Both the position numbers and the translations under genes were made by a program. A stretch of DNA of 64,000 nucleotides from Ophelia neglecta (lineage: Eukaryota), in assembly GCA_965285935.1 (NCBI GenBank), contig OZ260665.1, positions 52,018,001 to 52,082,000 on the forward strand, read 5' to 3'. Under the pieces are notes generated by a model. The model did not search any database. It was given only the letters and a program-made list of their open reading frames with translations, and was not told where the DNA came from. Each line of letters begins with the position of its first letter. The first letter of the stretch is position 1. This document shows, piece by piece, positions 1-14,390 of this stretch.

Positions 1-70
1 TTGCATCGTTATTCATTCGCGATCTTCAACGCATACACGAGATCTAGGTCATTTCCAACAGGTTAAAGAT

Positions 71-3000
71 ATGTGTAGGGCAAACGTTTCTTCCGAAGCA
101 AGGAGCAGTAAATTTGGGATCATTTCATGCATCTGGTCTTGTCAAAGATGGTGAGTAAACGATAGAGGCCTCATTAAGCTGGTCGACAGCAGCAGCGGTG
201 GCATCATAAGCTAGAGTGGGGATTGGGGGAAGGGGGACAGGGATGCCCAGCAGGAAATTCGGATAACACAAATTTGGAGGAGGGGGGGGGTGTGTCATTC
301 TGGTCCCGGGTCAACTCGCGCGGGTGCCAACTCGCACGAGGGTCTATGCCAACTCGCGCGGCAACCAACTCGCGCGTGCTTCTTTTAATATGGGAATGAG
401 CAATAATATACTACATATTTTTGAAAATTCTTGCGATCTATCTGGCAGTAAATGACCGCAAGTTAGTTTTTACGCCCTCCACGACCAAAACAACGTGAAC
501 GGCCATGTTTGGTGTTGTATACATTCATGCAACCCATCCACACACCATAACTGTGAAAATAATCCCCCGCGCGAGTTGCCACCCGCGCGAGCTGGCACCC
601 GCGCGAGGTAGTACCCGCGCGAGTTGACCAGACACCAGTCATTCTTATAGCAATGCCACAGAAAATCGAGGCTATTTTATAACAAAGTATTACAATTGAG
701 TGATTTTTTAATATTTAAAATTTTTACCATGTTAAAAAGTGTGGGTGAAGATTGATAAATTTTTGCCCAAATCATTAAAATGTTACCACCGGCCGGGGGG
801 CCCCAGTGAGGGTTATGAAGAGAGGAAGTAGAGAATGTGCCCGGCCAAAATTGGCCATTTTATAGCAAAGGAAATGTTGGGAACTTTCTTATAACAAGCC
901 CATCAAAAAAGGTGGGGGGGGGGAGCTTTCTTAAAGCATCCCATGGAAAGAGGGGGGCTATCTTATAGATTGTAAGGGCCCAAAGAAGATAACCTTTCCA
1001 GCAGCGCATACATACACTGGTTCCAGATGGCATCGCCGCCCCCCCCCCCCCCCCCCAGGGTGGAGGCTTCAGCAGCAGCAGGTACCTTTGAACCTGCCAT
1101 TGAATCAATGTGAACCTTGTTGGACAGGTACAGCTTTAAAGTCCTCTTTGTATTTGTGGATGGAGCCGTTACTATGATAGCTGTTAGAACTGTCCTATTG
1201 AAATCTTGTTTTTCATTCAGAAATGAGGCAGAATGTGTTTCTGTGCGTAGGCCCATGATTTACTGTTTGATAACTATGATAAATTTGATACTGTGATATT
1301 TTAACAAAAATATTTATGAATATGATACACATGTACATATCTGTTGAGATGTCAGGTCCCTATGCCACATTCAAGCTTGGAACAATACTAACATAAATAT
1401 TGTATGACTATTTTGCCTACTGTACTTAAGTTGGGTTAATATATTGGAAGGGTACTATGTAAATGTGAACGTTTGTAAATATGCATGCATGGACCTATAG
1501 GATACAATGTACATATGTTTATTTACCATAAAATTAAACACAGGAATAGGAGAAACTGCTAGTATATTTCATTGTTAAATTATTGATATAACCCATGAAG
1601 TAAATAATTAATTTTTTAATGGTTGCACTTATCATGATAAAAGAAAACACTGATAACATGCCACAGCATACATAAGTTAAGTAGGCAAACAAAAATAATA
1701 TAATCATTTTGTAACCAATGATCATTGGTCTTCGGCTGTTAGGACTGTCACAGTTTCTAACCCAGGTGACTGGCGATAATGATGTCATGTCCAAATTAGC
1801 AAAGCTTATCACTAAATGTTTGATCATAAGTCTTAGCCTTCTGTTGATAATCTCCAAGTGCAAACTATTTCATTGTATACCTTGTCACTAGAGTACCCTA
1901 TACTGGTACAATTTCGGCACCAGTAGTAAATGGCTATACCTACAATTTCAATTGCAAGTTAGATCACAACTTTAAGGTAATAATCGTAATACTGGTATAT
2001 ATATATATATATCTTACAAAAAGGCCCAATGAATTTTTAAGGTCAGGAATAGGTAGTAAGATGAAAAACTGGCATATTTGTTGCCTTTTCCATCAGAGTT
2101 GATTACTACATATAGTTGAATTCATGCCAATTTGGATGTTTGCTAGGATATTAGTACTTTTTATCAGAGGTTCTTTGAGGAATTGCTTTTGTGGGTATCA
2201 ATGAATAAATTAAATATATAAAGCAGAGAATGATATCCTTGAGATGTATTATATGGTTTGAATTAATGCAATTACTTATATTAATTAAGTACATCAGAGG
2301 TTTTTGTGTTAAAAAACTGATATTTTGTGTTCAGGGATATGTTTTTTTACCAGAATCATCAATTTTATGGGGATATTAGGGCAATGGAAAAAAGATGACA
2401 CCCCCCCCAAGAAAACAACCCTTACCCCCCTCATATATTTCACAACAGTGAAAATATTAATAATGTGGAGAACACTTAAATCAATTTCATCTAAATAAAT
2501 GCAATTCAATTTAGCTCTATGCAAAGTGAATGCTTCAAATCCAGCTAGTAGCACAAATCATGTAAATTGGAAATAGTCGGCATATTTATGGACAGAGATC
2601 ACGTTTGGTTAGTAACAGAACCACTTAGGTAATGATATCATTGAGAGATTTATCTTGTCAGCTACCCATGATATAATATGGTAATAACTAGTGGATTTAA
2701 AGTGTTATGCTTTTCCCTTTTCTTTAGTGTAGATGCATTTTATGACACACAGGCAGGCTTATCTGTTATAAATTAATGAATAAATGCTCCAAGGAACTGA
2801 ACTGTATTATTAACTGATGATCATGGGAAGAATACCAGCATAAATTAATACTATTATCTTATTTCAGGTTCATGAATCACCGTGCCAAACCAGGGCATGC
2901 ATATGTTCCAACTAAACCAGAACATATTGCCAATATCACAACTCATGCAGTAAGTGTTTGAATTAAATATATACTACACTGTGATGGCAGGGCAACCATT

Positions 3001-6000
3001 ATTATCTAAAGACCATGGAAACATAATTAAATATTATAACAAGTCTCTTTAGAGATTCTCCACATTTGTGTATAGATCCACTGAAAACCATGCTTTTTGT
3101 CAATGTACAAGGAATAAATTGTAAAATAGGTTTTAGGAAATAAGATGCTATTTTTACCATGAAAATTCAACAGGCAGTTTGACCCACATTGGCACCATTG
3201 TAATCTAACAGAGCCTGAAGGAATATCTTTTGTGTTGGTCAACAAACATTGTGCATCCCAGTGAGATTCTCATGAATCTCAGGCCTTAAGTATTTTCAAA
3301 TGGACATGAATCCGACATGATGATACATATTTGGTAATTTACCTATTCAACAAGCAATACATATCCAAGGAGTGGGGAACTTTATTCATGTAAATGCCTG
3401 CTTAAATAGTAACTGTTGATTAGTCATGGTTAACTTCCTCATTCTGATCTTATCTAAATTGACACACATGAAGGCAAAACAAATCAAATATACACAATGA
3501 ATGAAGTTAAAGTTTCAGTTTGAAGTTATGTTTCGTGCTTATTTTTTACTCATCACAAGTGAAAGAGTTGGCCTATGTGTGTCAATAATCCAGGAAGGCT
3601 AGCAATTCAATAACTCCAGCTATAAAATATATTCAGTGATCACAATACTGTTTGCATGACTGTCTGTACCTGAAGGATCATAAAACTGCTGACTGGAAAT
3701 TGATCTAACAAAGCCCTGTTTGGTTTATAGTTTCTATGGTTAGACATGCGATGCATGTTATGCATGTCATTGCCGTGATATTTGCCAGTTATTTTAATGT
3801 GTATGCTCAAGAACATGTCAAACATCAGCTATTTCATTGTCACTATCTCACTTTTACAAAATAATGTCAAACAATACTTGGATAAGTCATACAAGGAATT
3901 AAATATTACCAAATAACCTAAAGTTCCTGTCTCATAGAGTACCGTACTTGTCAGTTTAAAGTTCCACAGTGACACAAAATGTACACATTTTATATCATGA
4001 TTGTGTAGACATTCAGCTCTCTAATAGACATGTAGCCACCACGTGAACCTGCCATTTAATAATGTGATGGGTTTATCAAGTATTTATAAGATAGTAGGCA
4101 ATCAGTCTCTGACTAAAGTTCTTTTGCTCTCAATTATTGTGCAGCCAGAAGTATAAGAACTAATGTCATATATTTGCCAAAGATGTTTTAATCCAAAATG
4201 TGCCATATGTGTTTTGTAATTGATTACCATTTTATCATGAATTTATTCATTTAAAGACAGACTTCAACAAATTCAATGTGATATTGATTTGCATAAATGT
4301 GGAAATGGTCTGTGTCAGAAAAAGTTAACTTTTTTATAGCCTCCCCCACATACACCCCTATACATTCATTTTTAAAGAAATTTTAACTTGTCTTCTTTTT
4401 AAAATTTTGTTTACCAATGGAATATTGATTATTCTTATTGCATTGCAGAAAAGAATCAAAACAGAAATATTACAAACCTTATTCATTATTCATATATCTT
4501 ATTTAGGATGGAATAAAATATTTTATAAACAAACTAAATTTTCCCAGCAGTTCCATTTTTTATCCTGATCCTAATTAAGGACCATCAAATTGTATTGCTT
4601 TATTCATTCTCATCTACATTTTGTGAACACACCTCACAATGCTTAGTTTTATTTCAGTTGTGGGTTGCTCCAAGTTTGCTAGGCCTGGTATGGATGTTAT
4701 ATCTGGCCTGTACCCCTATACAGTATCTAACAGCACTCATTTATGGCAGCTCCACCTTTATTCTCTTCTGTGTCTCAACAACATTTCACACGATATGCTA
4801 CACTGGGAAATGTGGGTAAGTGTTTAATGAAATGCAGTGAATTATATTTTATAAACAAAATATGCTGTAATCTGGAATTCTTTATGCCAGGAAAAATGTT
4901 TCAGAATTTCCATTATATCTTGCAGTCAAATTTACCATTTGTTTAAAATATTGAAATGGCCTCCAATCATGCCAATGGTGGTGTCTTCTGTTAATTTAAC
5001 TTACATTTCACATAAACATTCTGTGTTAAAGATTATTCCCCATCTGTGAAATTCCGCTGCACCTGAACATTTCCTGATTTAAAGTATGGCTTCAGTATGT
5101 TTAAAATTACTTATAGAAAATGTTTCTTTTTTTGTGTTGCTTCTGTATAATAGAGCGCCAAGTATTACAGTGAATTACTAAATATAGTTTCTACACTTTC
5201 AATCCTAGGGAACTAAAGAATTTCTTCCACATAGGAGACCGGGCTGTGATATATATATTTATAGCTGCTTCCTACACTCCATGGTGAGTTTCAACATGTT
5301 ATCATTTATTGCCAAAGTACTTGAAGTTAAACAATGTTCATGGAAAGTGGTTACCTGAAGATTTCTTAATCCTTCCTGCTCCGTGGTTCATGGAATTACT
5401 GAAATCAACATACTGTACACACATAAAGGATTTTAAAAAAAATATTGTACAAGTGTTTAAAGCACATGTCACAAACAACTTGGGTTATACACAAAGTGTT
5501 TTAGTTCTTCAGTTAAAAAGTGTGTGTGTTAGCTATATTCCCTCTAATGCATATAATAAATCGATGCATTTATCACCAATTTGTTGTCTGATGCTAGTGG
5601 CTTAAGGTACAAAGGGATGATAGGTTTGTGAATAGAACGGTACCTACTTAGTACGGTACCCAACTGTGATGTCCTGTTGCTATCCAGTCCTGTTGCTATA
5701 AAGACATGGCTGCCATCTGTGAAACACTGACAAAGAGAAATACCTTGTTTTTGTTTTGAGATAGGATAGGCTGTGGGACAACGGATATTGATAATTATTG
5801 TATCGTCTGTGGGGAATCAGTGTTAAGTCTGTCAAGGAACTGTCAAATAATACACTGTTTTTTTTTTATTCTTCTCCATTGTTAGATCCAGCCACTGCCA
5901 GCAGTGTTTTTGTAGAACAACCCCAGACAAGACAGATAAGGGTTTAACAGCCATGCCATTGATTTCTCTTGGCATGTGTCATTGTCTTTTCGATCCGAGT

Positions 6001-9000
6001 ATCGATTTCACTGATGCGAGATAATTGCCAGAAGTCCCTTTGTGCTACATTCAATATGGAATTATTAATTAAGAAAATGTTTGATGTAAACTAAATGAAG
6101 GGATTTTCTTTTTCGGAATTCACCAATACATAAATCACGAGGATCAAAGAATTTTCAGAGATATATAAATCATTGCATGTCATATGATGAAAGCAGTCTC
6201 TAACAATGAACAAGCTGGAAGAATAAGGTGAAGGTTATTGTCTACATGTGGCTTAATTGACTAGGGACAAGGCATGATGTTAACATGATGGTTGAATGTA
6301 GGGTACTTAGAGACCCAGCTTGGAGAGTTGAAAGAAGAGGGGTTCTTATCTTTGCCTTTAATGTCGGCACTATTTTCCAATCTGTTTGATTGATATAAAG
6401 GATGTAGATCATATTGATAATTGATATGTACAGAATTATATATCCGGCTGTGCATGTCAGATCAGCATATTGCCTGGCATCCGACTGCCTCTTTATGACA
6501 TGCTTTTTTTTCTCTCTTTTATATCTGTTTGTGTTCATGTTACTTCAGGGCTTGGTTGGGTTGTCTATAAGGCCCATAATTCAATGTGATTGAGAAAATA
6601 TGTTCTGTGTGTTCATTGAGTAATGCACAATGCTGTGATAACTCCTCACCTTTTTCAAAGAAAAGATGAATTGGGCCTTGAGGCATGCCATCCTTTTATT
6701 TTGGCTTATACTAGTCACTGCCTTAATGCACAGAAACCATTTTTTATCATTTTTGGCATATATAAGACTGGATTATGTTTTGTTGTCAATTTTACCAGAT
6801 TTACTACTTTTGCTATTCCAGTGAACAAGGTTTTTATGACCATGCTTGTAAGAGTGATACAGCAAAGAGTATTAATGGTACAACACCAAAATTTACAGGA
6901 ATAAAGTGACTATGCTTTGCCAAGTTCTGATTAACTGTTGGGAGAAATCTAAACTATTTAGTTGCCATGGCAACATAAATAAAAACTGAATTTCTAAATT
7001 CCCCAGTCTTATAGTTAGAACTTGAATTATTATTAGTCCCCCGCTCCGCAAAGCCAACGGGGGGTCAGGGACTATTTGTTTAGGCCGTGTCTGTCCGTCC
7101 GTCCGTCCGTCCGTCCATCTGTATGTCACGCAGAGGGTCCAGAGCTGTAACTGTGAAACTATTTGGTCCAGGATAACCATCTTATATAAGTGATATCATT
7201 TTGGTATTGGCATGCACTACATGACCTATTTTTTTACCTGCGACCTTTGACCCCTGAACCTTAGCCTCTGGGCTGTTTTTCATTTCCAGAACAGATCTCC
7301 AAAGGTATTTATAGAAGCCACAAAACAACACATATGCTGTTTGTTCATATCACGTTATTGTGCCTTTGGACCGTTTGGGTCACCTGTGACCTTTGACCTT
7401 TTAGTATGGTCTAGACCGTAAAGTGTAAATTTTCAGCTTCGTTAATAACCATCAAATCTTTTAATGTAATATGTCTTCCACTGATATTGAGGTCAAGGAA
7501 TTTAATGACACCATAAAAATGACCTATGACCTTTCTGTCACCTGTCGACCTAGATATTTTGGGTAAATTTTCAACTTTTTAAATAATTATCCAATCTTGA
7601 AACTTTTTGGTCCTGGACAACCACCCTACCCTGTATTTGGAAGCCAACTGGAAAATTTTATCACTAGCAGCACCATCACAGTATCCTCCCCCACCTTGTT
7701 TTTTTTTCTATAGTTCAAAATTTCTAAATCCCTATTGTGACTTCACTGGACATTCTGTACATACCTAATGCATGATAGCACCACAAAATGTACCTTGACC
7801 TCTTTTTATAGGTTGGCAAAAGTTGCCTATGATATGATGTACATAGACACATGGGACCGATGGCACCAAAGAAGTTAATGTGTCATATTTATTAATGCCT
7901 TTGTACACTGTATGTTTTTATTAGGGTCTATACATGTATGCATTTATATGATAGAGTTTAAAGCATGTTAAGGGTCCTTGTATATTCACAGACACACATA
8001 TATATACCCTTTTTTTCTCGTTGACCAGGTTAGCATTAAAAGAGTATCATGGATGGGCTGTTGTCACCCTATGGACGGTGTGGGTAGCAGCAATTCTGGG
8101 AATAATTTATCAATACACATTTCATGAAAAGTAAGTTATCATTCTCAAATTTGCTTTTCAGTCCAGTACATGTAGCAACCTGTTATAACTAACCAACAAT
8201 GATTCTGATAAAAGATTCATTGACGTGTGTTTGCTTTTATGATAAATATATTTTAATGATTGCAGTGCATCATTTATTTTCCTATGTAATCACTGATCAG
8301 CTTGGTATTGTTGCTCCTCCCTGTAACCTCTCCTATGTATGGCTCACACCAGCTACAGTGATGAGAGGATTTGATATACTGTGTAGCCCAAGCATTCCAC
8401 CACATGTTGTATGGCCTCTTTATACCTTGAACCGTAAAGCTACCTGTCTCTGACTCTGTCTGACCTGGATTTTTGGAATCTACGTGGGTAAAAAGTAGAG
8501 GAGAAACCATAGAGGGACTTTGAATTTTGCTGTATTCAACTCAGATCCAACAAAAAATTTAAAATATATCTTAAAAGACTAATATTTTGGTTGTTGCTAT
8601 ACAGCCACTGTTCACTTGATGTTCAGTTGGCAGAAAAGTTAATCCCAACATCAGGGTTGGAACTTGGAACTTGCTTGTTAAAAGAGACTGATAGAATTTA
8701 TAAGAAGGAACATAATGATATTTGCTGCAGTTTAGGTTAAAATAGTATTAGGTGGGGCACTCTTTCAAAGACCTGTGTAGAGGCGGGCTATAGAAAGAAA
8801 ATTGATGGTAATTCTGCTGTTTGTAGCAGCCTGGTGAACTCTGGTCGTAGATCCTTGGAGCTCATTTTCCAGGACCTGTCTTAACCTTGACACGAACACC
8901 TGACTGAGCCATCTAAACAACCATTGGTCAACACATTAACGAAACATAATACAGTCTGGGAGAATTATCTTGGATATTCTCCACCAGACTATCATCCCTT

Positions 9001-12000
9001 TAGATTATTTAAGATTATTTTCTTGAGATTATATCCTATAAATTATTCTAAGTGGTTATTGGAAGCCATGGAAACGACAAGCAGACGTTGTAGTATCTTG
9101 TAGTGTTTTAGGTTTTTGTTTCTATTGCCAGCTAGGCTGTTTTGAATGAACTACTGCACAGTTATAGTCTGCGGTGTGGTTGCGGTACTGCACGTATCTA
9201 GTCCTTTGTGGTATCTTGTGTAAACTGTGTGGGCTGTTTGGAGTACAAGACTTTCAACATGTTCAAGAAGTATTTATCACCAGACCAAGATCAGCAAAAT
9301 TTCCCTTGCCACTTTGCTGCAGCGCCAGATTTATATCTCTGCATGTGCTGACGCAAATGCATTTGTCTGGTGATCAGGGACTTGTCAATATTTTCCTCTA
9401 AAGGGGTTTCTTATATATTTTCCTGGTATGAATGTCATTTTTCTCTTGTTGCTTTTGTTACTGCTGCAGCCTGTATCCTTTAAACAAGTCATTAAACATG
9501 CCATAAAAATGTATGGTATTGAGGTATTTTCTACACCAACAGCATCTAAAATAACCATCAATAATTGATTTCACATCTCAGTGATATGGTTGGTCGCTCT
9601 AAATGTATTTGAGTCAATGGAAATGTGTATAAAAACTGACTAATGCCAGGATATTTGTTAAGAGAACTCTAGTTGTAGTATTATATCTATAATTTCTAGC
9701 TCATTTTTCAAACCATTTACGTTATATCACTCTAAAACCCAGAAACATCCTTCAACTAGGTGAGGGGAGTATGTGTGCCTCACACATACTTTAGTTTCAG
9801 GAATATACCACCAACAACTGCCTCCTGGATCTAATTTTAGAGATTATATAATGATTTTTTGAGTACCTGGGAAAAACTGGCCAAGCTTCTAAATACTAGT
9901 TCATCTCTGTAGGCACTCTCTAACTCTAAAAGAGCAAACCCAAATATTTATGAAACTTTGCATTAGCTGACGTAGAGGGTTCATGTTGTAATTCATCTAG
10001 TCAGGGTTATCAGGCAGCTACCTTGCTCACACTCGTCAACAGGTTGCTAAGCCAAGGGTCAGACTGACTTAGATTGATTGCTTAACAGCACCAACTGTGC
10101 AGGTTTTTCCAGGCACTGAGAAAATACAGAATATGCCCCAATAAATCAAGAAAAGCTCCAAGAAATCTTTGGCTGGAAATTGAAGGAATTCATTTTGTTT
10201 TTTTAATGAAAGCTTGTGTGTGCCATAGCCATGATCCTGGAGCTTAAAAGAGCAAATTAGCATATGAGGCTGAGAATATGTACTGGTAACACTTTAAACT
10301 AGGTGATAAGCCAAATAAGCTTTTGATATAATTTGATATACTAGTAATTGTATACACATTGCCTAGGTAGGGATGTAGCACACTAAAATAGCAGTATCCT
10401 GTACCTAGCAAGGAGTCTGAATTAGTTTTAACCAAAGTTTAGTTCAGAGAAACAGTAACCAATGGTATTGGGTTAGAACTAAGTTTCATCACAGTCTCTT
10501 TGCACTGAACTTCCAGCCACAGCTGTAGTGGTCGCTGTCTGCATGGCTCAACAATCATATCCTGCCTAAAAATGTTCCCACTCAGTTAGATCAGTCGGTG
10601 GACATAGATTATATTGATGACAGGACTAGGATGTCATTGACAAGTAAATGAAGCCTGAATGAAGGGTTTATAATTAATATCCAGATTATTGATTGACATT
10701 GGTGTTTCTGAAGGATATTTGTAAAAAAAATGCATGAAACAAAACTTAAAGGAATTCAGTTTAATTTACACACATTCTTCCTCCACATCTGGAGATTTAC
10801 AATGGTTATGATAAGGTGAAATACAATTTGCTAAAGGCAGTAAAATGGAAGTATAACCTGGATAGTCACAGGTGTGCTAAACAATAATTCAATGGAGAAA
10901 ATCCATAGTTACTGAGAGTATGGTACTTTCACTCTGTGTTATATTATTCTGCATGTATCACAAAACATTTAATGAATTATTTTATCAAACAACATCCATC
11001 CTGCTTATTTAGAATTAGGATGGGAGTCTTCATATGTACACATTTTGTTTCAGGTATAAGTGGCTGGAGACATTGTTTTACTTGTTATTGGGAGTGTGTC
11101 CTGCAGTAGTTGCAGTAGGAATGGTAAGTACATGTACTAGCATATCTCCAGGTAACTTCCATTATGATAAAAGCATGTATCAGAATAACCATGGTTATAG
11201 AAGGAATATAGGCAATCACATATTTACTAACAATTGATAAGATATAAAGCAACCATTTGCTTGATCTGGTCATGAAACTTTTTTAATGCATATGAGCATG
11301 CCCAGCTTTGACTCAAATTTGGCTTAATACACACACTTGTTTTCAGCCAAATGTTATTAAAATGGAAGGTCTAAAATCGATAAATTGACAAAAATATAAC
11401 AAAAAGCTATGAGAGCTTTACATAACTGACTTGTTACAAGCAAAAACCCTAATATAAGACGCATTGATAAAAGCCATACATGTGTTGAAATACACATTGA
11501 ACAAACCCACAAACATTCCGATATGATGTTACCATCGGTTTGTTAGAAGTCTGGCATACCCAGGAACCACCAAAGGTTCCCCCTAAATGCAATTTCTTTA
11601 TACCTTCATCTTCATGGATGGGTCGAAGCTCGAGGAGAAAGTGGTGGCGGCGGCGGCGGCTGTCTCCCATGCCTTCAACTCCAGGATGCGCCTCCCTGAT
11701 CGCAGCTCAATTTTTACTGCCAAAATATCGGCCATTGATTGGCGCTGGACCATGTCGTCCAGTCTAGAGACAAAAAATTTGTTATCGCCTCAGACTCAAT
11801 GTCGTCCCTCCAGGCTCTAGAAGAGTGTAGCTGGTCTAACCCTTTGGTTCTCTCCCGACGAGAAACCTTAAATAAAATCCTCAAAAGAGGAAAAACGGTT
11901 GTACTTTTGTGGGTGCAAAAGGGGCTCTGGAAGGTCCCATCTTCCCAATTAAGATCCCGTCTTCTGACAACAAGAGCCCGATAAACCAGTATGGCTGGAA

Positions 12001-14390
12001 ACAATGGCAAACTGCCTGGGACTAGGCCATAGAAAACAAACTGCACTCTGTCTGCCCCACCATACCGAAATCATTTTCACAGCCTCTTGCCTCCCGGAGG
12101 GACAAATTGATCATGTTTCGTCTGCGCATCGGCCACTCTCATCTTCTAAGAGAGGACCCACCTTTTTTGTGAGGACTGCCAATGCCAGATTACCATCCAA
12201 CATATTCTGTTGGAATGTAGGGATTTCGCTTCTTATATTTCCGTTTTTATAATGTTAACAGCCTCAAAACCTTATTCGACAAGGTTTGCCCAAAGCGGAT
12301 CCTTAATTTCTTAAACACTATAGATCTCTTATATAAAATGTAGGAGACCTAAAACGTGGAAACCATTTCAAAAGTGCAAAAGTTTATGGAACTTTCTTTT
12401 ATATATTTATTGAACAACTAACCTTTTATCTTCCTTTACTTACACCTGTTAGTCAGAAAAACATCTGAACCATCCACCTAGAAGATTTTTTATAAAATAA
12501 AGCTCAATAACCACTTACTCCTTACTATTATCCCCATATAAATAAAAATTGACAGGACAATAAATGATAAACTATACCCAACTTAAGAACCAAAATTGCC
12601 CACATGGTGTCTATGTGTCGTTAAGCCCCAAAAATCCAAATCCAATCCAAATGCAATTTCAAGCCCAATAATCCAGGTTCCTCTATCAAATGCGATAATG
12701 CTTCGTTGTTTGCTATAAAGTTTATTGCTAATCGCAGTATTCATAATTCTTGAAAACACAATCAATACACACTTATACATTAGCTTGAAAGGTTCCCGTG
12801 CTCTGTCATGTAGTTGGGTGTTAAAATTCACCTCACACCTCTAGTTCGAAATAGCATTCAACAAAGATCAAGCACTGCCTTAGCAATCCCCAGCAGACGT
12901 CCCTAGCCCAACACCTTTTAAAGGACCAAGAAGAAAAGTTAATCTTTCATTTAATCAATAAATACAAATAAAATACAAATGGAAATAAAATGATTGTTGC
13001 CCACATATTTTCGAGCCAAAATGGTCTTCGGTTGCTGAAAAGCTGTATAATCTACGGTCATGTTTATAATTTGCATACCATTATACAAATTCTGAGCTGT
13101 AGACTAGGGCTTGAAGCGTGCTTGGCCGGAGTTGTGGGTTGGGCTTATGATCCCTTGTAGACCAATGTACACATCCTCACACCCATGTTCAATTTATAAG
13201 TAATATGGAGTGGCCGGGACCCTATAGAGAGTCGCATTGCGACACAGCCATGAGGGGTTGGTCTATGCCTAGTTGTATGTATATAGTAGATATGTGTATT
13301 GCTATGTCGCATGCATATACATTGAATTTAGAATACATAGATATATTTTAAAATGGTGTGAACAGAAAAACTAGTATTTTGAACTGCCAGGTGTCACCTT
13401 GTGATAGTGAGTATTACAGGTCTGTTGACTCTCAGTAGTCCCAGCAGCCGATAGGTGGTTGTTTTTAATTAACTATAAACTTAAACCTGCAATATGGCCT
13501 CCAGGTTGCACGAACCTGAAATCAATCACTTGAAACCCCCTAATAGTAGTAGCAACCCCTCCACAGATGGCAAATTAAAGATTTTAATAAACCTGAAATC
13601 ACCAAGATGTGTGGCTTCAATTCGGGAATTCACAGTGATCATACTGTCCTTACCCAAGCTTATGGCTGTGCATCAGTTGTGCCTGCAAAACATTGTGCGC
13701 TGAACTTTTTTTTTTGGCACACATAATGATGCAGAAATTGGTCTTGTATGAAAATGCATTATTCCTAGATATAATTAGTTTGTATGCATAGGAAAAAATT
13801 AATTAATTGTAGTTAAACTCATGCCATAATTGTTAAAGATAAATTTCTTTAAATACCTGACAACTAGCCAACTCTTATAAAGAAGTACAAACAAAGTTTT
13901 CCATCTTTTATCAAAGTGCTGCAATATCATATTTATGAAAAATACTATAATTATTGTTGCTGAAAGCAGTTTTTTTTAGCTTGTAGTACAGTTTTAGGGC
14001 CATTCAGGAGTAAGCTGTAGTTTTCTATATGACAGGTTATGTTACTGCTAAGGTCCTATCATGCACTTCATCACTAAATATTTCTGCTGTGATAGTTTAA
14101 TTATCCCCTGTTGCATGATTCTGTGGTTGGAATGATTATGTTTAAATTTAAAGCTGTTTAATAAATATCTGATTGGCTTTTTTTCACAGAAAGAGCCAGA
14201 AGGTTTGTTTGAGATGGCAGTTGGGGGAGGTGTGTATATATCGGGCGTTGTTTTCTTCAAGTGTGATGGGAGGATTCCATTTGCCCATGCCATCTGGCAT
14301 TGTTTTGTATTTGTAGGAGCTGTATTACACTATATAGCTGTATGCAAGTATCTCTTAGGACCAAGAAATGTGCAAGAATTTCTCAGTTAA
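71..14390 (+). CDS. MMD2: Monocyte-to-macrophage differentiation factor (MMD/MMD2, PAQR10/11; haemolysin-III family 7TM protein), 7 coding exons, 255 aa
   Basis: Exons 71-150, 2868-2949, 4658-4815, 5209-5283, 8029-8130, 11054-11123, 14190-14390. All introns are GT-AG with consistent phases; total 768 nt. Translation has FMNHRAKPGHAYVPTKPEHIANITTHA, STTFH, DRAVIYIFIAASYTPW, FHEKYKWLE and FFKCDGRIPFAHAIWHCFV, all diagnostic of MMD/MMD2. Exon 1 is the least certain. The symbol marks the family: MMD versus MMD2 cannot be resolved here. Confidence 0.93.
301..637. mobile_element. Non-autonomous DNA transposon (MITE, possibly MULE-type) in MMD intron 1
   Basis: Imperfect ~25-bp TIRs (TGGTCCCGGGTCAACTCGCGCGGGT ... 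ACCCGCGCGAGTTGACCAGACACCA). Four AACTCGCGCG-type subterminal repeats at each end in opposite orientation. Flanking direct repeat GTCATTC at 294-300 and 638-644. Confidence 0.8.
7028..7620 (+). mobile_element. Helentron-associated (HINE/DINE-1-like) non-autonomous element remnant
   Basis: 5' hairpin AGTCCC...GGGACT, then a (GTCC)n microsatellite at ~7088-7116, then internal repeats with GACCTTTGACC motifs. This is the usual HINE architecture. The 3' end is not clearly seen. Confidence 0.6.
11597..12648 (+). mobile_element. 5'-truncated I-group (Nimb/Ingi/I-like) LINE with RNase H and CCHC remnants
   Basis: Frameshifted RNase H (IFMDGSK...RLPDRSSIFTA / ALDHV...FVIASDSMSSLQAL...VLLWV) and zinc knuckle ([21 protein letters not shown]). 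3' tail of AAATCC units. 12-bp TSD AAATGCAATTTC at 11585-11596 and 12649-12660. Confidence 0.88.

Noticed and set aside
127-150. ATG at 127 as the MMD start
   Set aside because: It gives phase 0 at the 150/151 donor, but exon 2 needs phase 2. The ATG at 71 fits.
860-2554. Short ORFs here and similar 60-120 aa ORFs in introns and intergenic DNA
   Set aside because: Low-complexity or antisense ORFs, often with non-ATG starts and no domain signal; expected by chance.
8770-9480. GC-richer intronic stretch with a 75-aa ORF, possibly a retroelement remnant
   Set aside because: No recognisable protein motif, terminal repeat or TSD.
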